Part shown: positions 23,637 to 34,203 of the stretch, piece by piece
Numbering within the stretch: the first letter of the stretch is position 1
Layout: every line of letters starts with the position of its first letter
Assembly: GCF_036321535.1 (NCBI RefSeq)
Contig: NC_087444.1
Location: forward strand, 37,200,001 to 37,264,000
Origin: Camelus dromedarius
Lineage: Eukaryota
Length of the DNA stretch: 64,000 nt
Reading direction: 5' to 3'
Position numbers and translations under genes: made by a program
Notes under the pieces: generated by a model
Seen by the model: only the letters and a program-made list of their open reading frames with translations
What the model was told of the DNA's origin: nothing
The model's database searches: none

Positions 23637-23652
23637 CTGGCAGGGGGCGCTG
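23637..23652 (+). promoter_or_regulatory. CTCF motif between CIAO2B and RRAD
   Basis: CTGGCAGGGGGCGCTG has one mismatch to the CTCF core and keeps the AGGGGGCGCT block. Confidence 0.55.
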
Positions 23653-24329
23653 TCGCCTGGCTGAACTGGCCTACGCCCACCTCCAACCCCCAGTTCCAGG
23701 TGTCCACCTAGTGACCAAGATCTGGCTGCTCAGAGAGGTGAAGCCATCAGCCCATGTCACCCAATTTTCTTCACGTGTGATGTGGGAGAGTCGTGACAAT
23801 AGCTTGGCAGTGCTCTGTGGAGATTTACAATGGATGTGGGCCCATTTCAAGCTATCTTCCAGGCAGAGTACCCCCATTTCCACGCATGAGGAAACTCAGT
23901 GCTCCAGAGAGGCAGGTGACCAACCAGGGCCCCTCAGGCCCCAGGGAGCCCTCCCAACCACCAATACCCAGCTGTAGACTTCACCACATATGTACTCTGC
24001 ACTGACAGCCAGATCTGTCTTGGTATCTATGGTGTCTGTGTTCAGCTCGGGGGGGGGAGGTCATGGGGGAGGCAGGTGTCACTGAGTCATTCAGCTGGCC
24101 CTGCCGGCAGCCAGCCACAGTGGACAAGGGACATCAAGCTGCTCATATCACAGCTGGCCTATCAGATGGTCCCCTTGTCAGTCTTGACTCATCTGTGCCT
24201 GGCCCCTGGCTGCCTGCAGGGACACCATTTGTGAATCCTGGGCTAATGCCCGGGGAACTTTCTGGAATCCCAGCTGCTGTCTGAGGACATGGGGCAGCAG
24301 GTGGGGGGAATGATGCTGGTGAAGTTTTA

Positions 24330-24560
24330 GTTCCCTGAAGTCGTCCACTAAGTGTGTCTCCCTCTGCTGTTTCTGGCCTGTGACTTCTCAGGCCTCGGTT
24401 ACCATGTCTACAAAATGGGAACAACAAATCATAGCTAAATAAGATTGACCCAGGGATCAGATGACATGTACGAACATGCCCAACTATGTTCATTTCTGCC
24501 CATCATTATGCCTGAAGCACAAGGGCCTGGCACACAGTAAGTGGAATAATGAATGAATGG
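24330..24560 (+). mobile_element. MIR fragment containing a p53-type element
   Basis: ctgtgacttctcaggcctcggtt..catgtctacaaaatgggaacaac...cctggcacacagtaag resembles the MIR 3' half. Confidence 0.65.
24462..24481 (+). promoter_or_regulatory. p53-family response element about 2.75 kb upstream of RRAD
   Basis: TGACATGTAC GAACATGCCC: two RRRCWWGYYY half-sites, zero spacer, both CATG cores; 18/20 match. Confidence 0.6.
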
Positions 24561-26944
24561 AGACAGAAAAGAACAGAAGAACTGGGGCATGGGGGCTGTG
24601 GTGTGAGGAGAGCTTGGGTTACTGAAATCCAGCCAAGTCCTCTTTGTAGCATTTTGCTATCTGAGGGAGGGGGAAGGGCATGGGGTCCCACAGACAGAAG
24701 GTGTGTATGGGGTAGAGGGGAGAGGTATCTGCAACTGCTCCTCTCCTGGGCAGATCACCATTCTGGAGAGAACAGAGCAGAAGCAGGAAAGAAGAAGCAG
24801 GAAAGGGCCCTTAGATTCATTCTTGGTCCAGTCCAACCAAGAATGATAATAAAAGTGCTCATATTGAGATATTACTATATGCCAGACATGTGCCAACCAC
24901 TTTACCTCTGCATTTCATGTTATTTGTGTCTTAAAACAACCGTCATGGGGACATTATCCCTGTTCTACACAGGAGGGAACTGAGGCTCAGCCAAGCTACA
25001 TGGGCAGAGGTGAAACAGCTAGCAAGGTGCAGAGCTGGGATTTGAAGACTGGGCTATCCTAGGGGTATTCCAGCCTCAGTCTGCTCCTTCTGGACAGTTA
25101 AGCTCAGCCCAGAAAACTGAGAGAACCAGGAATTGGGAATGGGGGTGTCTTAAGGTCATGTCCTCGTAAGGTTCCCGGGGGCCACTGGCCATACTGATGA
25201 TTGTGGTGTGTCTGGCCTGTTGGGGAATACCTGGGGCCTGAGTGGCCCCATGTGGATGCAGTTCCCTTGGCAATGAGGAAGCACTGCTGAGGTCAAGAGC
25301 TTAGATTATCAGAGGGGAAACCCAGCCCTAATTCCTTGCATGGCTCCCTGCTTAGAAGGGTCCAGCTAGCCCCACACCCACCCTGTGCTGGACATCCAAG
25401 GGCTCTTGTCAGTGGCAAGGTCATGTGTAAGGCAGTTAGGAGGGGTCAAAGGCAGCCCATCCAGGATTCCTGATGGGAAGTGGTTTGCAAGCGCTTGAGA
25501 CTTTTGTTCTTTGATGGGAGGCTCAACCCATGACTCTCTCTTCCTACTGGACGTTGTCCAGGAAGCTAGAGCTTGCAAGGGGTTGCCCAGGCCTCCAAGA
25601 TCCCCCAGGCCATGTATAGAACACAAATGTATACACCATCCCTTAGTTCAGCCTTGCCTACTTTGAGGACCTCAAGAACCAAAGGGGCCTGCATGAACCC
25701 TCTAACATTCATCTAGCCAGGACCGCCTCATTCCAAGTCTCTCTCAGATGTTGCCAAGGAAACTGATGCAGCAGCCAGAGAGCCCTGACCCAGATCTCCA
25801 TGATAACCTACAGCAACCCACTAGGATCCACCCATCCATGATGTCACCTGAGCCCTGAATGGGTGCCCCCCAACCCCACCACACTCATCACAATCAAATG
25901 TAAGTCTGATACCAGATCCCCGTCACAAAGTACCTCACAGCCTGCCTGCCCCCAATCCTCACGCACCCCAAATGTGAGCAAGTGAGATAAGTCAGGCCCA
26001 ATTTAGAGCTGGGCATCCTGAGGCTGGAAGGAAGACCCAGGAGCCTAGAGGCAGTCAGGACTAGAAACCAAGCCTCCTCATTACATCTCCTCCCATCTGT
26101 GCCCCAGCACCCACCCTAGGTCTGAGGAAGGGCTAATCTCTGGGCAGTGGCGGCTAACCCCACCTCCACCCCTGACTCCAACCATTCTCTGTAACTATGC
26201 CCCTCTTGGATGGGAGTCTGAACATCCAGGCCCTGCGTGTGCCTTGAACAGCAAGTCTAGTATGAGACTAAAGGGAAAGAAGGAAACACTGAAGACTCGT
26301 AGAGTGGCTGGAGCCAGCCCTGACCCTGGTATAGTCCCACCCCTATCTGCTCCTATGGGCATCTGACACCTGTCTGCCAGGATTTCCCCAACTTTGGGTA
26401 ACTTCCAGCCCAGGAGTGGAATGACCAGGGCCAGGTATTTTTAGCAGAGTTGCTGGCAGCTGCCTTGAGGGTGCTGAGGGGGAGGTGGTGCTGAGTTAAT
26501 CCTTTTCCCTCTCTGGGCCTGTATTCCTGCCCCAAGATTCAGGCTCACACCTCTACCTGAAACACACTGCCAGAGGGCCTCCTTTCCTTGCCCCCTCCCC
26601 CAAACAGCTTTCCAAGGCAACCCCCCCCCCCAACCCAGGGCTCAGGTGACACTAACCCTTACCTAGAAGGGCAAGCTTGCCAGGCAGAATCTTCAATTCC
26701 CAAGGTCAGGGAGGAGAGTGAGACCGGCTAGAAGCCTGGATTTAGGACCCCTAAATTCTAGTTCAGATATGGGCCAGTGGGGAATGGGCAGAGAAGAGGG
26801 AAGTCTGTCATACCAGTAACTGGTCTGCTTCATTGGGCAACAGGCCTGGACTAGGGGAAAGGCAAAGAATTCGCTTTTAAACGGCCAGACCTAATGCCTC
26901 CTCCACTTCCCCGGTCAATTCACATACTCCCCTTCCTTCTCCCT

Positions 26945-26946
<2 letters not shown>

Positions 26947-26997
<51 letters not shown>

Positions 26998-26998
26998 A
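26947..26998. repeat. (CA)n microsatellite in the RRAD proximal promoter
   Basis: About 25 CA units, roughly 230 bp upstream of the likely TSS. Confidence 0.98.
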
Positions 26999-27089
26999 CT
27001 CTCTCAGACCGGGCTTTTGTCTGCAGAGTTTCTCCCTGCCCTGCCCTGCCCTGGCGGGTGGAGTGGGCTATCGGTGGATGTGAGGGCCT

Positions 27090-27337
27090 AGGAGGAGGGT
27101 GGGGGATTCCCCTGGGGGGAGGGGGATGGACACGTCAGCCCCCGAGCCGCGTGGACGGGGGCGAGTGCGGGGGTGGGGGCGGGGGCGGGCAAAGGCTTAA
27201 ATAGGAGGCTCTGGAGCCCGGACCCAGTGCGGAGTGAGACGGCGGCGGCTGCGGCAGCGTCGAGTGTCCGCGCCTGGGTCTGTGAGTGGATTGTAGCCGA
27301 GCCTGGACTTGTTTCGACCGTGTCCGTGTGTGAGTAG
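27090..27337 (+). promoter_or_regulatory. RRAD: RRAD core promoter and non-coding exon 1
   Basis: G-rich tract with GCGGGGGCG (EGR) and GC boxes at about 27165-27190, TATA-like TTAAATA at 27197-27203, donor tag/GTGAGT at 27337/27338, CpG-rich. Exact TSS is inferred. Confidence 0.75.
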
Positions 27338-27552
27338 GTGAGTGTACTCGCGGAGCTCGGTGTGGGTGGTCGCACCGTCTGGATTGCGGATACATCAGTC
27401 AGGAGGATGGGTCACAAGTCAGGGCGCAAGGACCTTCTGTGGCAGGTCCTCGGCCCCGAGCATCTTGCCTGAGCCGGATCTAGCCTCCCAGTCCGTCTCC
27501 ACTGCGGTTTACGCGGCCATCCGATTCTGTTCCCCAGACGGCGGCGGACGCT

Positions 27553-30112
27553 ATGACTCTGAACGGCGGCGGAAGCGGAGCGGGAGGGAGCCGTGGCGGG
27601 GGCCGCGAGCGCGAACGCCGTCGGGGCAGCACACCCTGGGGCCCCGCGCCCCCTCTGCACCGCCGAAGCATGCCAGTGGACGAGCGCGATCTGCAGGCAG
27701 CGCTGACTCCGGGAGCTCTAACAACGGCGGAGGCCGGAACAGGGGCCCAGGGTCCGAGGGTGGACTGGCCCGAGGGCTCCTCCGACTCTCTCAGCTCCGG
27801 AGGCAGCGACTCAGACGAGAGCGTTTACAAGGTGTTGCTGCTGGGCGCGCCTGGCGTCGGCAAAAGCGCTCTGGCGCGCATTTTCGGTGGTGTAGAGGAT
27901 GGCCCTGAAGCAGAGGCCGCAGGTGAGGGGCTGGGACTATTCAAGGGAGGGAAGATCCCAGGGTTAGGCCTGGACTGGGGAGCAGGACTAAAAGCAGTAA
28001 ATATCAAAGGGATTTTGATGACACTCTGAGAATCACGCCTCTACCCGCCCATTTCACAGATGAAGAAACTAAGGGAGAAGGTACCCCCAGTCCTTGGTAG
28101 AGAAAGAAATGCCTAGGGTAGAAGGTCCAGGGCATACGTATGATTATTCTGTAGGATGGGCACAGGCTATGACTCCCTGTTAGGACTAGCAAGAACACAG
28201 CCAGAGGCAGTTTCTAGGAGAGGAGTCCTAGGTAACCAAGGCCCCCAGGGGATGTCTGTTCTAACTCAGGCCACTGTGGTCAGAACCACGTGGGTCCCAA
28301 ACATCAGGAGGGCAGGAAGCATGAGAGTGGCCACCTAAGACATTGCTAACCTGGGGAATGGGTGTCTAGGTGGGGGTAAGGCACACCATGCTCTCCACCC
28401 CTTACTTCTCAGCCCTGTCACTTCTGTTGCCACACAGCAGCCATCAGTGGAGGAGAAGGTTAGGGGGGCTTTGGGGAGGGTTTGGAGGGTGTGACCAGAA
28501 CAGAAAACAGGTTCATAAGGGAGGGGGGCTTTTGGCAGCCAGCAGGCAACCTGACTACTGGTCTCCTGACTACTAGTCTCCTGCCTAGGGCACACATATG
28601 ATCGCTCCATCATGGTCGACGGAGAAGAAGCATCACTCATGGTCTATGACATTTGGGAGCAGGTAAGATGCAGGCTGAGACCCAGGGCAGGGTGGGAGGG
28701 GGATCTGGGGGTAGGGGCCTGCAGGGAGTGCAGGCCTTGTAGCTGGGGAGCTGGGGCATGAGGACTGTTGGGTGAATATGTTTCTATGTTCCCTAGGATG
28801 GGGGCCGCTGGCTCCCCAGCCACTGCATGGCCATGGGTGATGCATATGTCATCGTGTACTCGGTGACAGACAAGGGCAGCTTCGAGAAGGCCTCAGAGCT
28901 TCGGGTCCAGCTGCGGCGGGCGCGGCAGACAGATGACGTGCCCATCATCCTAGTGGGCAACAAGAGCGACCTTGTGCGTTCTCGTGAGGTCTCCTTGGAT
29001 GGTGAGCAGGGAGTAGGTCAGGAAGGGAGGGAGATCCTGGCTGGGCCGTGGTCCACTCAGTCTTGACTCAGCTTGAGTCCCTGGGGATCATTGGTGGCTA
29101 AAAATGTTCAGGAAGAAAACTTGAGGACAGAGGGGGAGAGCTGCTGCTCTCCCACAGGAGTCCCAAAGGCCTGAGTGCTGGGGAAAGGACCAAATGTGCT
29201 AGGGGAGGTGGAGGTGGCTGGGCTCTGAGCTGGGCCATCTCAGGTCCCTCCTCTCCCGTCCCCTTTGGCTGTGGCTTGGCAGATGAGGGATGAGGAGAGT
29301 TCAGGGAACCAGGCCAGGAGGCAGAGCCTGGATTTCAGTCCCAGGCCAGTCTTGGTATAGTCTTGCCCCTGGGAAGGACCCACCCATCCTGTGCTCAGCA
29401 TCCACCTCTATGACCCTCAGACCTGACCCCCTCAGAGGAACCTGGCAGTAATTTGGTGATGTCACCCTCCATTCCATCTGTCATTCATCATGCTGTAACA
29501 TCAAGCCATAAAACACTAAGCTACCTAACAAAGTTCTCATTTTCCTGTGTTGTCTACTGTAGCACTTCCATTTAAATATCAGACTTCAAATTATTTCAGT
29601 AACTGACTTTTCTTTTGTGGGCCTTTGTGAGCTCCTTAAACGCGGGCACACTCTGCCAGTTGGGTAACCCAATGCATCCTCCATACAAGAGCCTGGGTCC
29701 TTTTGTTTCTGGGGAGGACCCAGGGCTTCCCCTCCACAAATGTGGAAGCTGCCCTGGGGTGGCCGGGGTTTGAGTGGGGCTCTCACCCACCCACCATTTG
29801 TTTACTGACATATGCCTGTCCCCACGCATACCAGAGGGCCGGGCCTGCGCCGTGGTCTTCGACTGCAAGTTCATTGAGACGTCGGCTGCACTGCACCACA
29901 ATGTCCAGGCGCTGTTCGAAGGTGTCGTTCGCCAGATCCGCCTGCGCAGGGACAGCAAAGAGGCCAACGCACGTCGGCAAGCCGGTACCCGGCGGCGAGA
30001 GAGCCTCGGCAAAAAGGCGAAGCGCTTCCTGGGCCGCATCGTCGCGAGAAACAGCCGCAAAATGGCCTTGCGCGCCAAGTCCAAGTCCTGCCATGACCTC
30101 TCCGTGCTCTAG
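27553..30112 (+). CDS. RRAD: RGK-family small GTPase Rad, 4 coding exons, 308 aa, intact
   Basis: Exons 27553-27922, 28589-28662, 28797-29001, 29835-30112 total 927 nt. Motifs GAPGVGKS, DIWEQ, VGNKSDL, ETSA, C-terminal KSKSCHDLSVL*. Confidence 0.98.
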
Positions 30113-30469
30113 GCCCATGGGCACTCACTGTGTTGTGCAGACAGTTGGGCAGATTGGTGGGCTGGCCCAGCCAACTGCCCAAGGTGCCTCCGGGCTGGCT
30201 CAGACTCTGGACGTCCCCCACCTCATGGTCATGGACAGACAGACAGTGCTGCCCAGCGAGGCTGCTTTCAGTGGCCATCGAGGGCTGGGCCCACAGAGAG
30301 ATGCCTGTGCAGGTCCGTGTGTGTCCCAAGCAGCAGCCCGAGCCCAGCCCAAGTGGCAGGCCTGTGAGGTGGGTAGAGAACTCTGCCTTTCTCTACACCT
30401 GTGGTGTGCATGCCCTGGAGGGAGGCTGTTCAGTGCAGTGGCTATTTGTTTACATGCAAATTTTTTTTT

Positions 30470-30475
30470 AATAAA
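30470..30475 (+). terminator. RRAD polyadenylation signal
   Basis: AATAAA about 360 nt after the stop, preceded by a T-run. Confidence 0.8.
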
Positions 30476-31759
30476 GACTATTTCCTGGTAGGTAGAGGCT
30501 GTCAACTCTGTTATTTCTGCCGTCCGCAGACTGCAGGAGCAGGGAGGGTTCCTGAAGCTGAGGAATGGGGCCTCACTGCCCTACCTTAGTGTGTGGCCTT
30601 GACTGTCCTAACGTTTGGGCCCAGGTATAGTCAGCTGGGTCAAAGGGGCAGGTGTGGGTTGGAGCCTGGTTAGGGGTCCAAACAGCAGGAGGAGACACGA
30701 ATTCCTCCCAGCCTGTTAGCCAGATTCTTTTGCACTGGGGACTGGCATCGCCCAGCTGATTGAGGATTCAGTCACCCCACTGTATTTCAGGGAAATTGAG
30801 GCTGCCCGAGGGACCACGCCCTTCCCCAGTTCTCATGGCCAAACAAGAATCCTGGGTCTGACTCAGGTGGGTGTCTCTACCCTGTTCCCTCCTGTAGGGC
30901 TAGAATCTGGCTATGGAAGACTTCTGAGACTCTCTGGTTGGGGAAGGAGGTAGCTGGTTTGCTAAGGTTAGGATGAGGAAGGTACATGCAGGTGGACTTG
31001 ACTCTGGATGGCTCCCCACCTAAGGCTGGGCTACTGGGCAGGGCAAGTGGGAGGAGAAGGACAGGGAGGGCTCACTGTTGTCTCCAGGCCAGGCCAGAGA
31101 ATCCCATGCTCGGCATTGGCTAATCTGGTCTTGGTGGGAACAGAACCCTGAATCCCCCCCTGCCTGGAATGACAGGCCTTGCATTTGCATGTGAATGTCT
31201 GCATACGCACTTAGCAGCTTGAGGTGTGCATCTCCCCACCACCCACACCCTGGAAGGGAGCCTTCTGGGCACAGGTGCCTGCTAGTAGTTTACCTACATC
31301 ATTTCAGGAACAAACATCTCCAGCCAGCAATGGCAGATGGGGGACTGAAGCACTTGCCCGAGGCTGCATGGGCAGAAGGGGCTGAGTCGGGACTGGTGTA
31401 TAGTCTGTCCACATCAGAAGCCTGGAGACAGCCTGGGGCAAGGCTAGGGACAGTTTCTGAGAAGGTTCCAGGCCAGCATCCATACATTCCTTTATTAGTT
31501 CAATTTATTCATTTCACAGATCCCTGGAAGCCCTCAAAACCAGGTCAGAACCCTGATTGCAATTACTCAATGGCAGGAGGAGGTTTGAGGGCTGATCCTC
31601 AGATGTGTGACCCACCATGACTAACCCACATTCCCCACAGGGCAATAGTAACTGCTGAAAGCTGCTGCCACTCCCTACTCCCATCCCCAACGTACTTCCA
31701 GGCCTGTGGCAGACATAGTTTTCTCAGAATAGGTGAAGGTCCCGAGGCCTGAAAAAGAA

Positions 31760-31935
31760 TCCTGACCTTCTTGGCTCTGCCACTTACTGGCTGTGTGATC
31801 CTGGGCAAGCTACTGAACCTCTCTGTGCTCCAGTGTGTGACATGGGGACAATGCCCCTTTCAGAATGGAATGGGTGCAATAATGAAGGTATGTGTTTCAA
31901 GCAGTGCCAGGCACATCGTAGGAGCTTAACACACA
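31760..31935 (+). mobile_element. MIR fragment
   Basis: ggctctgccacttactggctgtgtgatcctgggcaagctactgaacctctctgtgc. Confidence 0.8.
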
Positions 31936-32995
31936 TGAGATCCCGTCAACATCCCCACGCTGCCCTGCTCCAGGCTGAGGTGCCCGAGGGACCCTGAGGC
32001 TGGCACTCAGCTTGTGACAGACAAGGCTGGGGTCAGCCAAGGGGTCCTGGCCCAGCCTCCAGCCTGAGAGAAACTAAACAGATATGCAGTGGGAAGGACT
32101 CAGGGGAAACTACCAGAGGGATTGGAGACCAGGATCCCTGACCCTTCCCAACCTCCCTCTTCGTCCCAGACTCCCAGGCCCCAGAAACTTCTCCTGGCTC
32201 CACTTGGATGCCCTCACTGAGGGCAAGGGCCCCTAGTCAGCCCTGCAATTCCCTCAAGGTCACCTGAGCTGGCTCAGTCTTCTCTCTCCTCCTCAGAGGC
32301 ACGGGACAGTCTACTGTCCCAGCCTGTTGGTGTCCAGGAACTAGTGTGAGCACTTAGGGGATCTCACAGCCTGATGTCTGCTCTCCCCCACCTATTGGTC
32401 CCACTGGTGGATGGTCTGGAGCCCCACATACCCGGTGCATGTCATGCATTGCTCACCTAGCCTGCAAGTGCAACCTCCAGTTCCTTATCTTAGTTCCACA
32501 AGACATTTGGGGCTGCCAGGGCCAGGTAAGAGCCTGATCATTCCTGGGTCCCTGAGTCTTTCCCTGGAGGGCCTCCCAGTCTGATGGAAGAGGAAGCCAA
32601 TGACAATCTCATGTTATTTCTGTGTTGACAAAGGTGCACTTGGCATGGGGGTGGGGGCTGAGGGAGTCCTAGAGGAGAAGCCTGAATAAGTCTGGGAGCC
32701 CAGGGAAGGTTCCCTGGGACAGGGAAATATTTGTGCTCAGTACTGAAGCCTGAGCAGATGCTCAACAGACAGAGGAAGGAGGAACAGAGTGGGCCAAGGT
32801 GGAGCTGCAGATGCTGGCACATGGGGAAGAAATGGGAGTAAGTCTGGAGTCACAGAAAAAGAACTAGTGTCCAAACCCAGAGGGCAGAGAAGTACCCACT
32901 GGGCCATGTCAGGGTGGGACAAGTGCTAGTTCGATGATCTCCCCACCTCCTGGGGCTTGTGGTCATGGATGCTGAGCAGCCTCTAGCCTTCCAAA

Positions 32996-33008
32996 GTCAA
33001 TGAGTAAC
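32996..33008 (+). promoter_or_regulatory. HNF1 site in the CDH16 proximal promoter
   Basis: GTCAATGAGTAAC matches GTTAATNATTAAC at 11/13 positions, just upstream of non-coding exon 1. The Ksp-cadherin promoter is known to depend on HNF1. Confidence 0.7.
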
Positions 33009-33049
33009 TTGGGGGGCTGGGCAGGGCCAAGCCTGCTGCTGTGGGCCCA

Positions 33050-33209
33050 GTGGTGTTTTCCACTCCTGAGCAAGCGTGGCTGGCCCGCCTACCTGCTCAA
33101 GTGTCCGCCCTGCCCGGTTCTACCCGGTCTGGCCTGGCCAGCGCTCCCTGTTGGAACAGTCCTCTCACCTGGCAGCTGCACCCAGGAAGGCAGCCTTAGG
33201 CACCGGCAG
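33050..33209 (+). other. CDH16: CDH16 non-coding exon 1 (start approximate)
   Basis: Donor ggcag/GTGAGG at 33209/33210, downstream of the HNF1 site and 1 kb upstream of the ATG exon. Confidence 0.6.
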
Positions 33210-33639
33210 GTGAGGACCTGGGAGTGGAGGGGTGGGCAGGACTGAGGCTGGGGTTGATGGTGGGGGGAGAAACAATACCCTGTCGTCCAGGGAAGAATTC
33301 CCAGGAGTGGCTGGAGTGGCTGTCCATGGTTTGTGTGCACAGTTCTACACTGAGTGCTGGAAACACCAAGGTGAGGGAAGGGCTCATGCCCTGGGTGGTG
33401 GTGGGGGGGGGTGGTCTCTATGTCTGAAGGATGGCAGTGGGAGGTAGAATGGTCCTAGAGACCCTGAACCAGGCGTCCTCAGTTCCAGGAGGAATTCTCC
33501 TGTGGTCAAGTCCTCTGTGACCTTGGTCAGGCCCTGCTCTTCAGGCCTTGCCTGCAGCGCAAAGTGACTGAGGGAAGTGACCCTCAGGGTCGTCAGGGTT
33601 TTTCTAGCTTCAGACTATTGTGATTTGCGTGGTTGCTGG

Positions 33640-34090
33640 GAAACGACCACTTTGGGATCTACGAGCAGGGGAGGTTACGATAGGAAGGAGACAAAGGTCT
33701 AGAGGTGAAACTTCCATGGCGATACTTGTGGGGGCAAGAACCAAGAGACAGCAGGGTGGCTGGACCTGGGGACCTTGGTGGGCCTAGCCAAGGAGCTGGA
33801 CACTACCCAGCAGGCAATGGGGAGCCACAGGTCCTTCAAAAGACAGGAAGAGGAGGCCAGTCTGTCATGAGGTCCCTCTGGCTATGTGTATGCAGAGGGC
33901 TCAGGCAAGGGACAAGAATGGGAGTTGGTGGGGGCAGTGTCCAAGTGAGTGGGAGACGGAAGGGCAGCTCTGAGAGTTGCTGGAACAGCAGAGAAGAGGA
34001 GGGGACAGGAGGAGGCCAGGCAGCCTGCCCTGCGGTGACCAGGAGGTCCATTGTCCCCCATGGTGCCTGGAGAAGCCGTGGCCTGGGGCT
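33640..34090. mobile_element. L2 fragment in CDH16 intron 1
   Basis: gcaggcaatggggagccacaggtccttcaa...gaggtccctctggctatgtg resembles L2. Confidence 0.6.
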
Positions 34091-34203
34091 GAGGGAGACT
34101 GAATGGAAGAAAACTTACTAGGGGGAGGGTAAAGGGAGAGCCCCTCCTGCCCACCAACCTGGGCTGCGCCCTTACTGCTTCGTCCCTCAGGCCCATCCTG
34201 ACC

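Noticed and set aside
29703-30491. 262-aa plus-strand ORF overlapping the last RRAD exon
   Set aside because: It is an alternative frame across GC-rich intron, exon and UTR with a TTG start and no recognisable domain. The spliced RRAD frame explains the region.
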